From Candidatus Geothermocultor quzhuomuensis (lineage in GTDB: Bacteria; Actinomycetota; Aquicultoria; Geothermocultorales; Geothermocultoraceae): 64,000 bases of DNA. The first letter of the stretch is position 1, and each line of letters opens with the position of its first letter. Under the pieces are notes generated by a model, which did no database searches, was not told where the DNA came from, and worked only from the letters and a program-made list of their open reading frames with translations. Location of the stretch: contig JACVJC010000006.1 in the NCBI GenBank assembly GCA_015711795.1, positions 198-64,197 of the forward strand. The letters run 5' to 3'. The position numbers and the translations under genes were made by a program. Below, one piece after another: positions 1 to 9,821 of this stretch.

Positions 1-2
1 TA

Positions 3-416
3 TTACTTGCTTGGGTTATTTACTATTGTAAGACACTTTCCTTGACAATTTTCTTACCCACTTTTGAACCTCTCTATCGCCTTTTATCTAACAAATACTT
101 TATTGACGAAATCTATGAAGCTACTTTTATTAAATTAGCTTTTGGTCTCAGTTCTTTGTTTGCTTGGATTGACACAAAAATAGTTGATGGAATTGTCAAT
201 GGAGTAGGTCGAGCCTCAATGGGACTTTCTAGTATTTTTACCTTTTTTGATTTAAAAGGAATAGATGGGGTGGTTAATGGATTTGGGAAGGTATTTGTTG
301 GCTTAAGCCGTTGGTTAAAATCGCTCCAAGATGGCAATGTTCAAAAGTATGCTTTTTTTATGTTAGCTATATTATCTCTTTTAATTGCTTTTTATATTTT
401 GAAAGGAGGTTTTTAA
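3..416 (+). CDS. nuoL: NADH-quinone oxidoreductase subunit L, C-terminal part (5' truncated by window)
   Basis: Frame open from base 3; contains KYFIDEIY and DxKIVDGIVNG motifs of the NuoL C-terminus; directly precedes nuoM and nuoN. Confidence 0.85.
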   Translation, partial: LLAWVIYYCKTLSLTIFLPTFEPLYRLLSNKYFIDEIYEATFIKLAFGLSSLFAWIDTKIVDGIVNGVGRASMGLSSIFTFFDLKGIDGVVNGFGKVFVGLSRWLKSLQDGNVQKYAFFMLAILSLLIAFYILKGGF

Positions 417-417
417 G

Positions 418-1911
418 ATGCAAGGCTTTCCCATTCTTTCTTTTATCGTTTTTACTCCCCTCATTGGAACGCTTTTAATCTTGCTCATTCCTAAAACGGA
501 GAAACAATCTATCAAGACGATTGCTCTCTTTGCAGCAGCAATAACCCTTTTACTCTCTCTTATGCTTTATTTCCAATTTGATAAAAGTAATCCTAAAATT
601 CAGTTTATTGAAAAGTCACCTTTTTCAGTAGGATTGGGGATAGAGTATCACCTGGGTGTTGATGGGATAAGTCTTCCCATGATTTTATTAACTGCACTTC
701 TTACTCTTTTGGCAATTGGAGCAAGTTGGAATTTAGAAAATCGTCCCAAAGGTTTTTTTGCTTTTCTCCTTCTCTTAGAAACAGGTATGCTTGGAGTTTT
801 TGCTTCTTTAGATTTGGTTCTTTTTTATGTTTTTTGGGAGATGGGATTAGTTCCCATGTATTTTCTTATTAGCATTTGGGGATATGAAAGGCGTGAATAC
901 GCTGCCATTAAATTCTTTATTTACACTTTAACCGGAAGTGTAGTTATGCTTTTAGGGATTTTAGCTCTTTACTTTTATTCAAGCCCTAATACTTTTAATA
1001 TTGCTACTTTAACCAAATCTCATTTTCCACCTTTATTCCAAGAGATTGTCTTTATTGCTCTTTCCTTTGGTTTCGCTATTAAGGTGCCTCTTTTTCCATT
1101 TCATACCTGGCTACCTGACGCTCATGTTGAAGCTCCCACAGCGGGAAGTGTTCTTTTAGCTGGCATCCTTTTAAAGATGGGTGCTTATGGGTTTATGCGA
1201 ATTTCTCTTCCCATCTTACCTCACGCTTTTTATAAATTCGCTCCTTTAATTGCTATTCCGGCTCTAATCAATATTGTTTACGGAGCTTTTGTTGCTATGG
1301 CTCAAACTGATTTAAAGAAGATGGTTGCTTATTCAAGCGTTAGTCATATGGGTTTTGTTATGTTAGGAATGGCTGCTTTAACTTCAGCAGGGATAAATGG
1401 AGCTGTTCTTCAAATGTTTAATCATGGCGTCATTACTGGGATGCTCTTTCTTTTAGTTGGTTTAATTTATGAGAGAACCCATACCCGAGAAATTCCTAAA
1501 ATGGGTGGGTTATTTTCTAAGGTTCCAATCTTAGCTGGGATTATTTCTTTTGGTGCTTTTGCTTCGATGGGTCTTCCCGGTTTAAGTGGTTTTACTGGGG
1601 AGTTTCTCTGTATGATTGGTTCTTTTACTGGAGAACTGCCAATGTATAAAGTGATTACTTCAATTGCAACTATTGGTTTAGTTATCACGGCTACTTATTT
1701 TCTTCGAATGCTTCAGCGTGTTGTCTTGGGAGTCCTCCCCTCTAGCTTAGAAAAGATGGTGGATTTAAATGGAAGAGAAGTAGCCTATCTAGTGCCTTTA
1801 ATTTTCTTGATTATTGTTATTGGGGCTTATCCTGCCACTATCATTAACTTAATTAATCCTGCTTCTTCGATGTGGCTAAACATAATGAAGACAAGGGTTT
1901 TAGGGGGTTAA
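418..1911 (+). CDS. nuoM: NADH-quinone oxidoreductase subunit M
   Basis: LGVDGIS, FYVFWE, PFHTWLPDAHVEAPTAGSVLLAGILLKMG, YSSVSHMG motifs. Confidence 0.95.
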   Translation: MQGFPILSFIVFTPLIGTLLILLIPKTEKQSIKTIALFAAAITLLLSLMLYFQFDKSNPKIQFIEKSPFSVGLGIEYHLGVDGISLPMILLTALLTLLAIGASWNLENRPKGFFAFLLLLETGMLGVFASLDLVLFYVFWEMGLVPMYFLISIWGYERREYAAIKFFIYTLTGSVVMLLGILALYFYSSPNTFNIATLTKSHFPPLFQEIVFIALSFGFAIKVPLFPFHTWLPDAHVEAPTAGSVLLAGILLKMGAYGFMRISLPILPHAFYKFAPLIAIPALINIVYGAFVAMAQTDLKKMVAYSSVSHMGFVMLGMAALTSAGINGAVLQMFNHGVITGMLFLLVGLIYERTHTREIPKMGGLFSKVPILAGIISFGAFASMGLPGLSGFTGEFLCMIGSFTGELPMYKVITSIATIGLVITATYFLRMLQRVVLGVLPSSLEKMVDLNGREVAYLVPLIFLIIVIGAYPATIINLINPASSMWLNIMKTRVLGG

Positions 1912-1912
1912 C

Positions 1913-3337
1913 TTGAGAATTGATTTAATTTATCCAGAAATTGTTATCTTGTCGCTTGCTCTCTTAATTCTTTTAATTAGTTTTTTACGGCCGAAAAGGC
2001 CAAATTATTTAGGGTATCTATCTTTGATTGGATTAATTGGAGCTTTCTTAACCTGTGGAAAAATTTTAGGCGAAGAAAGTTTTTTGTTTGAGGGGATGTT
2101 TCGAATAGACGCTATGTCCAGTTGGGTAAAGATGCTCTTTTTAGTTCTTTCCCTGTTGGTCACCTTGGCGTCAATAGATTTTTACTTAACCCATCCAGAA
2201 GAAGGAGGATACTATGCTTTGCTCTTATTTTCATTAGGAGGAGCAATGATTATGGCAAGCTCAACTGATTTAATTACTCTTTTTCTGGGTTTAGAGCTTT
2301 CCACTTTACCTTGCTTTATTTTAGTTTCTTTAAGAAAAAAGGCTAAATCTATTGAGGGAGCTTTAAAGTATTTTTTCTTAGCTTTAATTGCTACAGCTCT
2401 TTTCGTTTACGGAATCTCAATTTTTTATGGGCTTATTGGTAGCTCAAATTTTCTTGTTATTTCCAATGCTCTTAAAACCAGAATTATTTATTTACCTCTC
2501 GTTTTAGCAACTATTTTAGTTACGGTTGGTTTTAGTTTTAAAATGGCTTTAGTTCCCTTTCACTTTTGGGCTCCCGATGCTTACGAAGGAGCTCCTACTT
2601 TAGTAGCTGCTTTTTTAGCAGTTATCCCAAAGTGCGGAATACTAATAGCAATGGTAAGATTTTTCTCGCTAACCTTAAGCCAAATTAGGCTTGATTGGCT
2701 TATTTTATTTGTCACCTTATCTTTTTTCACGATGACTTTTGGAAATATAATGGCTTTAACCCAAGACAATGTGAAGAGAATGTTAGCATACTCAAGTGTT
2801 GCTCATAGCGGGTATTTATTAGTGGGATTGGCAGTTGGAACCAAGTTAGCTATTGAAGGAATGCTTCTTTATCTTATGGTTTATACCATAGCAAATTTAG
2901 GTGCTTTTTCAGTTATTTTTGCTTGCACTAAAGAAGAAAAGGAAGGTTTATTAAGTGATTTTTCAGGGATGGGCGAAAGAGCTCCTCTCCTCTCCTTTGC
3001 TATGACGCTCTTTCTCCTTTCTCTAGTTGGGATTCCTCCTCTAGCTGGGTTTATGGGAAAAATTCACCTCTTTGGTGCAGCAGTTGAGGCTGGATTTGCT
3101 TGGTTAGCAGTGGTGGGAGTTTTAAATAGTGTGATTTCTTTGGGTTATTATCTTAAAGTTGTTAAGGAAATGTATTTTGTGGCTGCTAGTGAAAGGGGAA
3201 TAATAAAGATTTCACCTCTCTTAGCAGTTGCTTTAGGAATAGAAGTTTTAGCTGTGTTACTTATTGGTATTTATCCTGCTCCCTTCATTGAATTAGCTCA
3301 ATTTTCCGCAGGGATTCTTCCTAAAGGGTTTTTTTAA
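1913..3337 (+). CDS. nuoN: NADH-quinone oxidoreductase subunit N
   Basis: EGALKYF, FKMALVPFHFWAPDAYEGAPT, KRMLAYSSVAHSGY, GIPPLAGF motifs. Confidence 0.95.
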   Translation: MRIDLIYPEIVILSLALLILLISFLRPKRPNYLGYLSLIGLIGAFLTCGKILGEESFLFEGMFRIDAMSSWVKMLFLVLSLLVTLASIDFYLTHPEEGGYYALLLFSLGGAMIMASSTDLITLFLGLELSTLPCFILVSLRKKAKSIEGALKYFFLALIATALFVYGISIFYGLIGSSNFLVISNALKTRIIYLPLVLATILVTVGFSFKMALVPFHFWAPDAYEGAPTLVAAFLAVIPKCGILIAMVRFFSLTLSQIRLDWLILFVTLSFFTMTFGNIMALTQDNVKRMLAYSSVAHSGYLLVGLAVGTKLAIEGMLLYLMVYTIANLGAFSVIFACTKEEKEGLLSDFSGMGERAPLLSFAMTLFLLSLVGIPPLAGFMGKIHLFGAAVEAGFAWLAVVGVLNSVISLGYYLKVVKEMYFVAASERGIIKISPLLAVALGIEVLAVLLIGIYPAPFIELAQFSAGILPKGFF

Positions 3338-3340
3338 TTT

Positions 3341-3388
3341 TCTCAGCTTTTTCTCAGTTTTTAATTTTAACTTTTGATTTGTTAAAAT
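3341..3388 (+). promoter_or_regulatory. TCTCAG-N5-TCTCAG direct repeat (MprA/OmpR-type box) plus extended -10 (TG-n-TAAAAT, 3380-3388) upstream of htrA
   Basis: TCTCAG at 3341-3346 and 3352-3357; same hexamer and spacing as the mycobacterial MprA box found upstream of the HtrA-like pepD. Confidence 0.55.
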
Positions 3389-3509
3389 AATTCTATTAAA
3401 AGAGGAGTGGTGTCATATAAGATTACCAGCTTTTTAGCGATTTTGAAAAACAGTGGGCTTTCAAATTTTGAAAATTATATCAATTTATTATTAAAAAGGA
3501 GTGGAGATA

Positions 3510-4727
3510 ATGTTTTTTCAATTGCCTACGGAACAATTACCTGTAGAAGAAAAAAAGAGTGGAGGGGAGCTGAGGGGATGTGCTTTTTTGGGAATCGCTC
3601 TTCTCAGTGGCTTAATTGGTACTTTAATTGGTGGTTTGGTGGTTGCCTTGTTCGTCCCTTACCTCTTGGGATTAAACTTTTCTGATTTGTTAGCAGGGAA
3701 ACTCCCCAAAATTCCCGCAGTTGGGAAAACTCTTTCTCCAAAAGAAATTAAGATTAAATCATACTATCGAGACCCCGTTGTCGCTATAGCCAAAAAGGTT
3801 CAACCTTCAGTAGTTAATATCAGAATTGAAAAAGTAATGTTGGTAGAGGATTTTTTTGGCCCTTTTTATGAAAAAGTTAAAGGAGCTGGTTCAGGGGTTA
3901 TTATCCGAGAGGATGGCTATATTTTAACCAATAATCATGTAATCCAAGATGCCAATGAAATTTGGGTCACTTTGCCAAGTGGAGAAGATGTAAAAGGCAA
4001 AGTGGTGGGAAAGGATAAAGAAAACGATATTGCCATTGTTAAAGTAGAAAAGGACAGTTTACCAGCTGTTGAGGTTGGTACATCAAAGGGACTTGAAGTT
4101 GGGCAGTTAGTAGTGGCTATTGGTAATCCCTTTGGGTTTGCTCATACCGTAACGGCTGGAGTTATTAGCGCTCTTAACCGAACCGTTTCAACTCCAGATG
4201 AGGAAGGGAACATTATTACCTATACTGACTTGATTCAAACTGATGCTGCTATTAATCCTGGAAATAGTGGGGGAGCTCTTTGTGACAGTGAAGGTAAATT
4301 GATTGGGATTAACACATTGATTTACAGTAAGACTGGTGGTTACCAAGGAATTGGTTTTGCTATTCCTATTGACACTGCTATGAGTGTGGCGGACCAGCTT
4401 ATGAAGACAGGAAAAGTTAGCCACCCCTTCATTGGAATTACAGGTGCTAGCGTAACAGAAGAAATCGCTTCTCAACATGGACTTCCGACGACTCAAGGAG
4501 CTTTGGTGGTTGATGTTTTGCCTGGGACACCAGCGGCAAAAGTTGGCTTGAGACGAGGAGATATTATTATAAAGCTGGATAATGCTGAGATTAAGAGCAT
4601 GGATGACTTAATTAGTGAGACGCGGAAAAGGAAAGTTGGCGATATCGTTAATTTAATTTATTTAAGGGGTAAAGAAAGGAAAGAAGTTAAAGTAAGGTTA
4701 GCAGAGAAAACTGGATTTATTCGATAA
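3510..4727 (+). CDS. htrA: Membrane-anchored HtrA/DegP serine protease with one PDZ domain
   Basis: N-terminal TM; GSGVII, LTNNHV, DIAIVK, IQTDAAINPGNSGG catalytic motifs; C-terminal PDZ. ATG 3510 preferred on RBS grounds (GTG 3501 alternative). Confidence 0.93.
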   Translation: MFFQLPTEQLPVEEKKSGGELRGCAFLGIALLSGLIGTLIGGLVVALFVPYLLGLNFSDLLAGKLPKIPAVGKTLSPKEIKIKSYYRDPVVAIAKKVQPSVVNIRIEKVMLVEDFFGPFYEKVKGAGSGVIIREDGYILTNNHVIQDANEIWVTLPSGEDVKGKVVGKDKENDIAIVKVEKDSLPAVEVGTSKGLEVGQLVVAIGNPFGFAHTVTAGVISALNRTVSTPDEEGNIITYTDLIQTDAAINPGNSGGALCDSEGKLIGINTLIYSKTGGYQGIGFAIPIDTAMSVADQLMKTGKVSHPFIGITGASVTEEIASQHGLPTTQGALVVDVLPGTPAAKVGLRRGDIIIKLDNAEIKSMDDLISETRKRKVGDIVNLIYLRGKERKEVKVRLAEKTGFIR

Positions 4728-4753
4728 TCATTGAAAGCGCTGGTGAAAAAAAT

Positions 4754-6415
4754 TTGATTAAAAGTGAGCTAGCCCGAGTTATCTTGAAAGTGGTTGAGAA
4801 CTTAAGAGATGAACTTGGTTTGAGAGATTTACCCCCCATAATTTTAGAAAGACCGAAAGAAAAAGCCCATGGTGATTGGTCAACTAATTTAGCTTTTCTC
4901 CTTTCTTCGCAGGTGAAATTAACTCCTCAGGAAATTGCTACAAAGTTAGTTAGCTATTTGAGAAAAGAGCTTAATCAAGTTGATAAGATAGAGGTAGCTG
5001 GCGGTGGCTTTATTAACTTTTTCTTAAAACCGGTCTCTTTTTTGCCTTTCTTACCTCAAATTATCAAAAAAGGGGGAAGATATGGGGAGATAAATATTGG
5101 TCAGGGCATAAAAACCCAGGTTGAATTTGTCAGTGCCAATCCAGTTGGTCCGATGCACATTGGACATGGTCGATGGGCAGCGGTTGGTGATAGTCTGGCT
5201 AATATTTTAGAAAAAGCAGGCTTTCGAGTAGAGCGTGAGTTTTATATCAATGATTATGGAAGCCAAATGGATATTTTTGCTAAGTCTGTTTCTGCTCGCT
5301 ACAGTGAAATCCTCGGCGAGAAGGTTACTTTCCCTGAAAATGGATATCAGGGAGCATATATTTACGAGATTGCTCAAGAGATAGTGGATAAAGATGGTAA
5401 GAAATTTCTTCAAGTTGATCCAATTAAAAGAGAGCAAATTTTTAAAGAGAGAGCTTACAAACAAGTTTTAGAGCATATAAGAAAGACTTTGGAAAAAATG
5501 GGGGTTATTTTTGATGTTTGGTTTTCTGAGAGAACTCTTCACAAGAAAGGTAAAGTTAAAGAGACAGTTAACTACCTTAAAGCTAATGGTTGTGTTTATG
5601 AAAAAGATGGAGCAGTTTGGCTGAGAACCTCTCAGTTTGGGGATGATAAAGACCGTGTTTTAATTCGGGAAAACGGTGAGCCAACTTATTTCGCTTCCGA
5701 CATTGCTTACCATAAAGACAAATATGAGCGGGGTTTTCAAAAAGTTATTGACATTTGGGGAGCTGATCATCATGGGTATGTTAAGAGGATGAAAGCAGCA
5801 ATGAAAGCTTTACGCTATTCCGATGATTTCCTAGAAGTTATCATTGGTCAAATGGTTAACCTCTTGCGAGGCAAAGATCCGGTCAGGATGTCTAAAAGAA
5901 CAGGTGAAATGGTTACTTTAGAAGAAATCTTAGATGAAGTGGGAAAAGATGCCTTAAGGTATTTCTTTGTCTCCAAAAACACTGACTCTGCTCTTGACTT
6001 TGACATTGAGCTGGCTAAAAAGGAGTCGCAAGAGAACCCTGTTTACTATGTCCAATATGCTCATGCTCGAATTTGCTCGATTTTAAAGTTTGCGGAAGAG
6101 AGGGGGATCAAACAACCTTCTTTATCTCAGGTCAATTTAAGTTTGTTGCGTAAAGGAGAAGAGCTTGATTTAATTAAGAAATTGGTCGAATTTCCCGAAA
6201 TTATCGAGGAATGTGCCTTATCAAGAGCACCTTACAAACTAACTATCTATGCTCAAGATTTAGCTGCTCTCTTTCATATTTTTTATACCCAATGCCGTGT
6301 GGTGAGTGAGGATGAGTGTTTGACAAAGGCTCGGCTTCTCTTAGTTAAAGCAACTCAGACTGTCTTGAAAGAAGTTTTACGCCTTTTAGGTGTCTCCGCT
6401 CCAGAAAAAATGTAA
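4754..6415 (+). CDS. argS: Arginine--tRNA ligase
   Basis: EFVSANPVGPMHIGHGR (HIGH), WGADHHGY, MSKRTG, YVQYAHARICS. Confidence 0.97.
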   Translation: MIKSELARVILKVVENLRDELGLRDLPPIILERPKEKAHGDWSTNLAFLLSSQVKLTPQEIATKLVSYLRKELNQVDKIEVAGGGFINFFLKPVSFLPFLPQIIKKGGRYGEINIGQGIKTQVEFVSANPVGPMHIGHGRWAAVGDSLANILEKAGFRVEREFYINDYGSQMDIFAKSVSARYSEILGEKVTFPENGYQGAYIYEIAQEIVDKDGKKFLQVDPIKREQIFKERAYKQVLEHIRKTLEKMGVIFDVWFSERTLHKKGKVKETVNYLKANGCVYEKDGAVWLRTSQFGDDKDRVLIRENGEPTYFASDIAYHKDKYERGFQKVIDIWGADHHGYVKRMKAAMKALRYSDDFLEVIIGQMVNLLRGKDPVRMSKRTGEMVTLEEILDEVGKDALRYFFVSKNTDSALDFDIELAKKESQENPVYYVQYAHARICSILKFAEERGIKQPSLSQVNLSLLRKGEELDLIKKLVEFPEIIEECALSRAPYKLTIYAQDLAALFHIFYTQCRVVSEDECLTKARLLLVKATQTVLKEVLRLLGVSAPEKM

Positions 6416-6425
6416 ACTTAAAGAA

Positions 6426-7274
6426 ATGAGGTTTGGTGTTCACATTTCCGTTACAGGAAGTTTATCTTTTGTGGCTGAAAGAGCAATTGAAAGAGGCTGC
6501 GAGGCGATTCAGATTTTTTCGAGTAATCCTCGAAGCTGGAAAGAACCTTCTTTTGATTTAATCAAAGCTCTTCAGCTCAAAGAAAAGCTTGCTCAAGCGG
6601 GAATTTATCCTTTAATTCTTCATGCTCCTTATCTCATCAGCTTAGGCTCAAGAAATTTTAACCTTCGTTTAAAATCAGCTCTTTACTTAATTGAAGGAGT
6701 TAAGAAGGCTGAAATTTTAAATGCTCCTTATTTCATTTTTCACCTTGGGAGCCATAAGAATATTAGTAAGAAGGAGGGTTTAAAGCGGGTTATTGAATCT
6801 CTCGAGTATGTTTTAAGCGAAAGTAAAAACTCCACGACCTTGCTTTTGGAAAATATGCCAAAGATGGGAGCAGTTTTGGGTTCGGACTTCAATGATTTAA
6901 AGTTAATTTTAAGGGAGTTAAACTGGGATAATCGCCTTGGTATTTGCTTTGATACCTGCCATGCTTTCTTAGCTAGTTATGACCTTTCAACCAAGAAAGG
7001 ATTTTTAAGGACAATTAAGGAGATAGAAAAGACGGTTACTTTAGAGAGGATAATGGTAATCCACGCTAACGATTCTAAGTTACCTTTTGGTTCTTCTCGT
7101 GACCTCCATGCTGATATTGGCAAAGGTTATATTGGACTCGAGGGCTTCCGGTGTCTAGTGAACTTTCCTCAATTTAGTAATTTGCCATGCATTTTAGAGA
7201 CGCCCAAAATGACTTTGAGCGATGACCTTCGCAACCTAGAAACCATTCGTCAACTAAAAAAAGGCGGTAGGTAG
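6426..7274 (+). CDS. nfo: Endonuclease IV (AP endonuclease family 2)
   Basis: HAPYLI, FHLGSH, LLENM, CFDTCH, HANDS, LETP zinc-ligand motifs; ATG 6426 preferred over 6390. Confidence 0.9.
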   Translation: MRFGVHISVTGSLSFVAERAIERGCEAIQIFSSNPRSWKEPSFDLIKALQLKEKLAQAGIYPLILHAPYLISLGSRNFNLRLKSALYLIEGVKKAEILNAPYFIFHLGSHKNISKKEGLKRVIESLEYVLSESKNSTTLLLENMPKMGAVLGSDFNDLKLILRELNWDNRLGICFDTCHAFLASYDLSTKKGFLRTIKEIEKTVTLERIMVIHANDSKLPFGSSRDLHADIGKGYIGLEGFRCLVNFPQFSNLPCILETPKMTLSDDLRNLETIRQLKKGGR

Positions 7275-7354
7275 CAGAGAGCAGGGAAAGGATAGGTCAA
7301 GGTAAAGGTTGAGGAAATCAAGAATAAAATGCAAAATGAAAAACGAAAGATAGC

Positions 7355-7381
7355 TTTTCCTCTCCCTCGGGGAGAGGAAAA
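7355..7381. repeat. 12-bp perfect stem hairpin (TTTTCCTCTCCC-tcg-GGGAGAGGAAAA), REP-like or possible terminator after nfo
   Basis: Direct reading of the inverted repeat; followed by AGGTGAGGG as in CCCTCACCC..CTCTCCC/GGGAGAGGG-type palindromic repeats. Confidence 0.5.
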
Positions 7382-7820
7382 AGGTGAGGGAGAAAGAAAA
7401 AAGACAGTCCTTTGCTCGCTCCGTCGGACCTCTCCCGCTCAAAGCAGCGGGGGCAGCCGACACCCACCTGCCGTAGCCCGATGGCGATGCCAAGGGTGGG
7501 CAGGTTTTCAGTTTGTCGACTCACCTAAGATAAATGATTCAAAGTTACTTGCACTTCGCGGGAAGACACGTTGAATCAACAAAAAGTTTACCAAAAGGGG
7601 AATATTCTTATTACCAATTAAGAAACAAGGGTAGAAGACAAAGCTAAGGACGGCGGCTTAGCGAAAGGGTTCTGAGGAGGTAAGTTTAGTCAGGTAGGTT
7701 CTTGACTTTTACGCCTTACCAAAGGCAACTTTTTTATAGACGACACCAAAATTGGACTGCACCCCTTGCATAGGACAAAAAGTTAAGACATCATGCTAGT
7801 TTTGAAGGAGGTGCGGTCTT

Positions 7821-8115
7821 TTGGGAAAGAAAAGAAGAACTTATACTCAGGAGTTCAAACTTGAGGTTATCTCCGAAGCTCAAGCTGGTATTTCAATAGC
7901 TGAGCTTTTCAGAAGATATGAGATTTCTTCTGGTCTTATCTCTAAGTGGAAAAGACAGTTTAAAAGCTCTCAAAATAATCCTTTTCCAGGCAAGGGAAGC
8001 CGAAACACTTGATAAAGCTAAAATTGCTGAGATGGAACGGCTAATTGGCTGTCAGGCAAAGGAGATTGATTTTTTAAAAAACTTGCTAAAACGCTTAAAG
8101 GAAAGCGAAGGATAG
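7821..8115 (+). pseudogene. IS3 OrfA (HTH), frameshifted near 8005
   Basis: RRTYTQEFKLEV...ISKWKRQ, continuing in another frame as KIAEMERLIG...EIDFLKN. Confidence 0.85.
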
Positions 8116-8120
8116 TTTTT

Positions 8121-8980
8121 ATGCTGATTGATGAGGAGAGAGGGCGTCTTCCGGTAAAAAGAATGTGCGGGCTGGCACAAGTAGCAAGAAGCACCTACTA
8201 TAAGTGGTTTTATAAGATACCAGCAGAAGATAGAGATTTTCATAAGAGTGAGCCATTAAAAGAAATTGAAGCCATAGTGTCTGAGTTTTCGGGTTATGAT
8301 TATTGAAGGGTTACAGCTTGCCTGAGAGGCGAGGCAAGCTCATTAACCACAAGAAAGTCTTGCGGATTATGAGAAGAGAAAAATCTCATAAAGAAAAGAA
8401 GGCGTCACTACATATGCACAACCGACTCAACCCACACCTTACTAATTTATCCAAACCTAGCCAAGGAGACTATATCATCTGGGATTAATCAACTATGGAT
8501 TGCCGACATTACCTATATCTGCTTGAGAACTGAATTTGTATATCTTGCTTTAATTTTGAACGCTTTCTCTCGGAAAGTAGTGGGCTGGGCATTAAGGAAT
8601 ACTCTGGATCGGAACTTATCGCTATCGGCTTTAAGAATGGCTCTTATGCGTCGTGATTTCTCTCCTGGTCTTATCCATCACTCAGATAGAGGTTCCCATT
8701 ATGCCTGCAAGGATTATGTTGATCTCCTAAAGGCTCATGGTATCCTTATCTCAATGGGTGCTATTGGCAATCCCTATGAGAATGCTTAAATCGAGAGTTT
8801 CATTGCTACATTAAAGAAGGAGGAGGTGTATCTATTCGAGTACGAGAACGTGGCTGAGGTCCTAAGTTGGATTAGCTACTTTATTGAAGACGTATACAAT
8901 AGGAAGCGTTTTCATTTTGCTCTCGGATATCTGCCTCCGGCAGAATTTGAGAGCAAACTGGAAGAGAATATCTTAATTTA
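8121..8980 (+). pseudogene. IS3 OrfB DDE transposase broken by stops and frameshifts
   Basis: Fragments RSTYYKW, GYDY*RV, NHKKVLRIMR, WIADITYI, IHHSDRGSHY, GNPYENA*IESFIATLKKE, YNRKRFH..LGYLPPAEFE. Confidence 0.88.
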
Positions 8981-9063
8981 ATGTCTTAATTTAATGTCCA
9001 CTTTGAGGGGTGCACTCCAAAATTGTAATTAGCAAATAATACAATGGTACTCATCGAATGTTC

Positions 9064-9425
9064 TTACCTTAGTCCTTCTTGGTATTTGTCTATAAGCTTA
9101 TAATAATAAGCATCTGTATCGAAAGCAAAGGTACACCTTATAAAAGAACCATCCTTGTTTCTCCACTCGACCACAAATCGGTCATCGTTTGGACCTCCAA
9201 TCCATACAGTCATTCCAACATCACGAAGAACATACTACATATTACCATATGGTCCATACCAATCTTCAATGTATCGTAATCATTAAGAGTAAGGTAACGC
9301 TTATGTTGTTCAAAAGTTTGTTCTTTTGTATTGGACTGAACCCCTAAAATAATGCCAAGAGTTATGATAAAAAAGATTATTGCAATAACATAGGTGGGCC
9401 TATTGGTTTGTATAGAATGTTTGAT
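9064..9425 (-). pseudogene. Frameshifted small exported protein, DUF3862-like
   Basis: Minus strand: GGGGGG RBS, hydrophobic N-terminus (VIAIIFFIITLGIILGV), YDTLKIGM, then a second frame ...VEWRNKDGSFIRCTF...KLIDKYQEGLR*; start codon appears mutated (ATC). Confidence 0.4.
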
Positions 9426-9821
9426 GTTGTTCCCCCCTTTTGTAAGTTTACGTTTTCAGCACTATAGCTTTGTGCTTTGCCTCTCTTTATTGCTTGAAAA
9501 ATTTTCAGTGCAATCTGATTTTTCACATTCTCAGTACTGTAATTTGGTACCTTGTCTCCCTTTGCGTGATGCTTTTTGTAGAATGGCCAAACTCGCGACT
9601 TTCATCTTTATTGAGAAAAACCCACGTCTTAATTCCTCGTAATCCTAAAATTCCCTTGGCATTTTTATTTTCTCTCTTGCTCCCTAAATTTGATTACTAT
9701 GCTTTCCATCCGATAAGAATTTCAGAAATACCACGTGTAATTGTTTCCTGAAAGACTTCTATTCCTCTTCTAGAGAGGCAAAAGACCGAATAAAAAAATT
9801 AATGCCAAGCACTACTTTGTC

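Larger units (their letters stand above)
7753..9019 (+). mobile_element. IS3-family insertion sequence with intact ends and inactivated transposase
   Basis: IRL TGGACTGCACCCCTTGCATAGGACAAAAAGTTAAGACATC vs reverse complement of IRR TGGAGTGCACCCCTCAAAGTGGACATTAAATTAAGACATT; 5'-TG...CA-3' ends; 4-bp target duplication AAAT (7749-7752 and 9020-9023); length 1267 bp. Confidence 0.93.

Noticed and set aside
3407-3685. 92-aa ORF overlapping the htrA start
   Set aside because: Out-of-frame overlap with a well-supported gene and no recognisable motif.
4728-4753. T-box leader for argS
   Set aside because: Only 26 nt separate htrA and argS, leaving no room for the element.
7406-7568. Assignment as tmRNA, 6S, RNase P or SRP RNA
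   Set aside because: Lacks the tRNA-like ends, GAGGAAAGTCC and GGAAGGAAGCAGC signatures; kept only as an unidentified structured segment.
8304-8789. In-frame TGA/TAA inside IS3 orfB as recoding sites
   Set aside because: They are accompanied by frameshifts and a TAA stop, with no SECIS; this is ordinary pseudogenisation.
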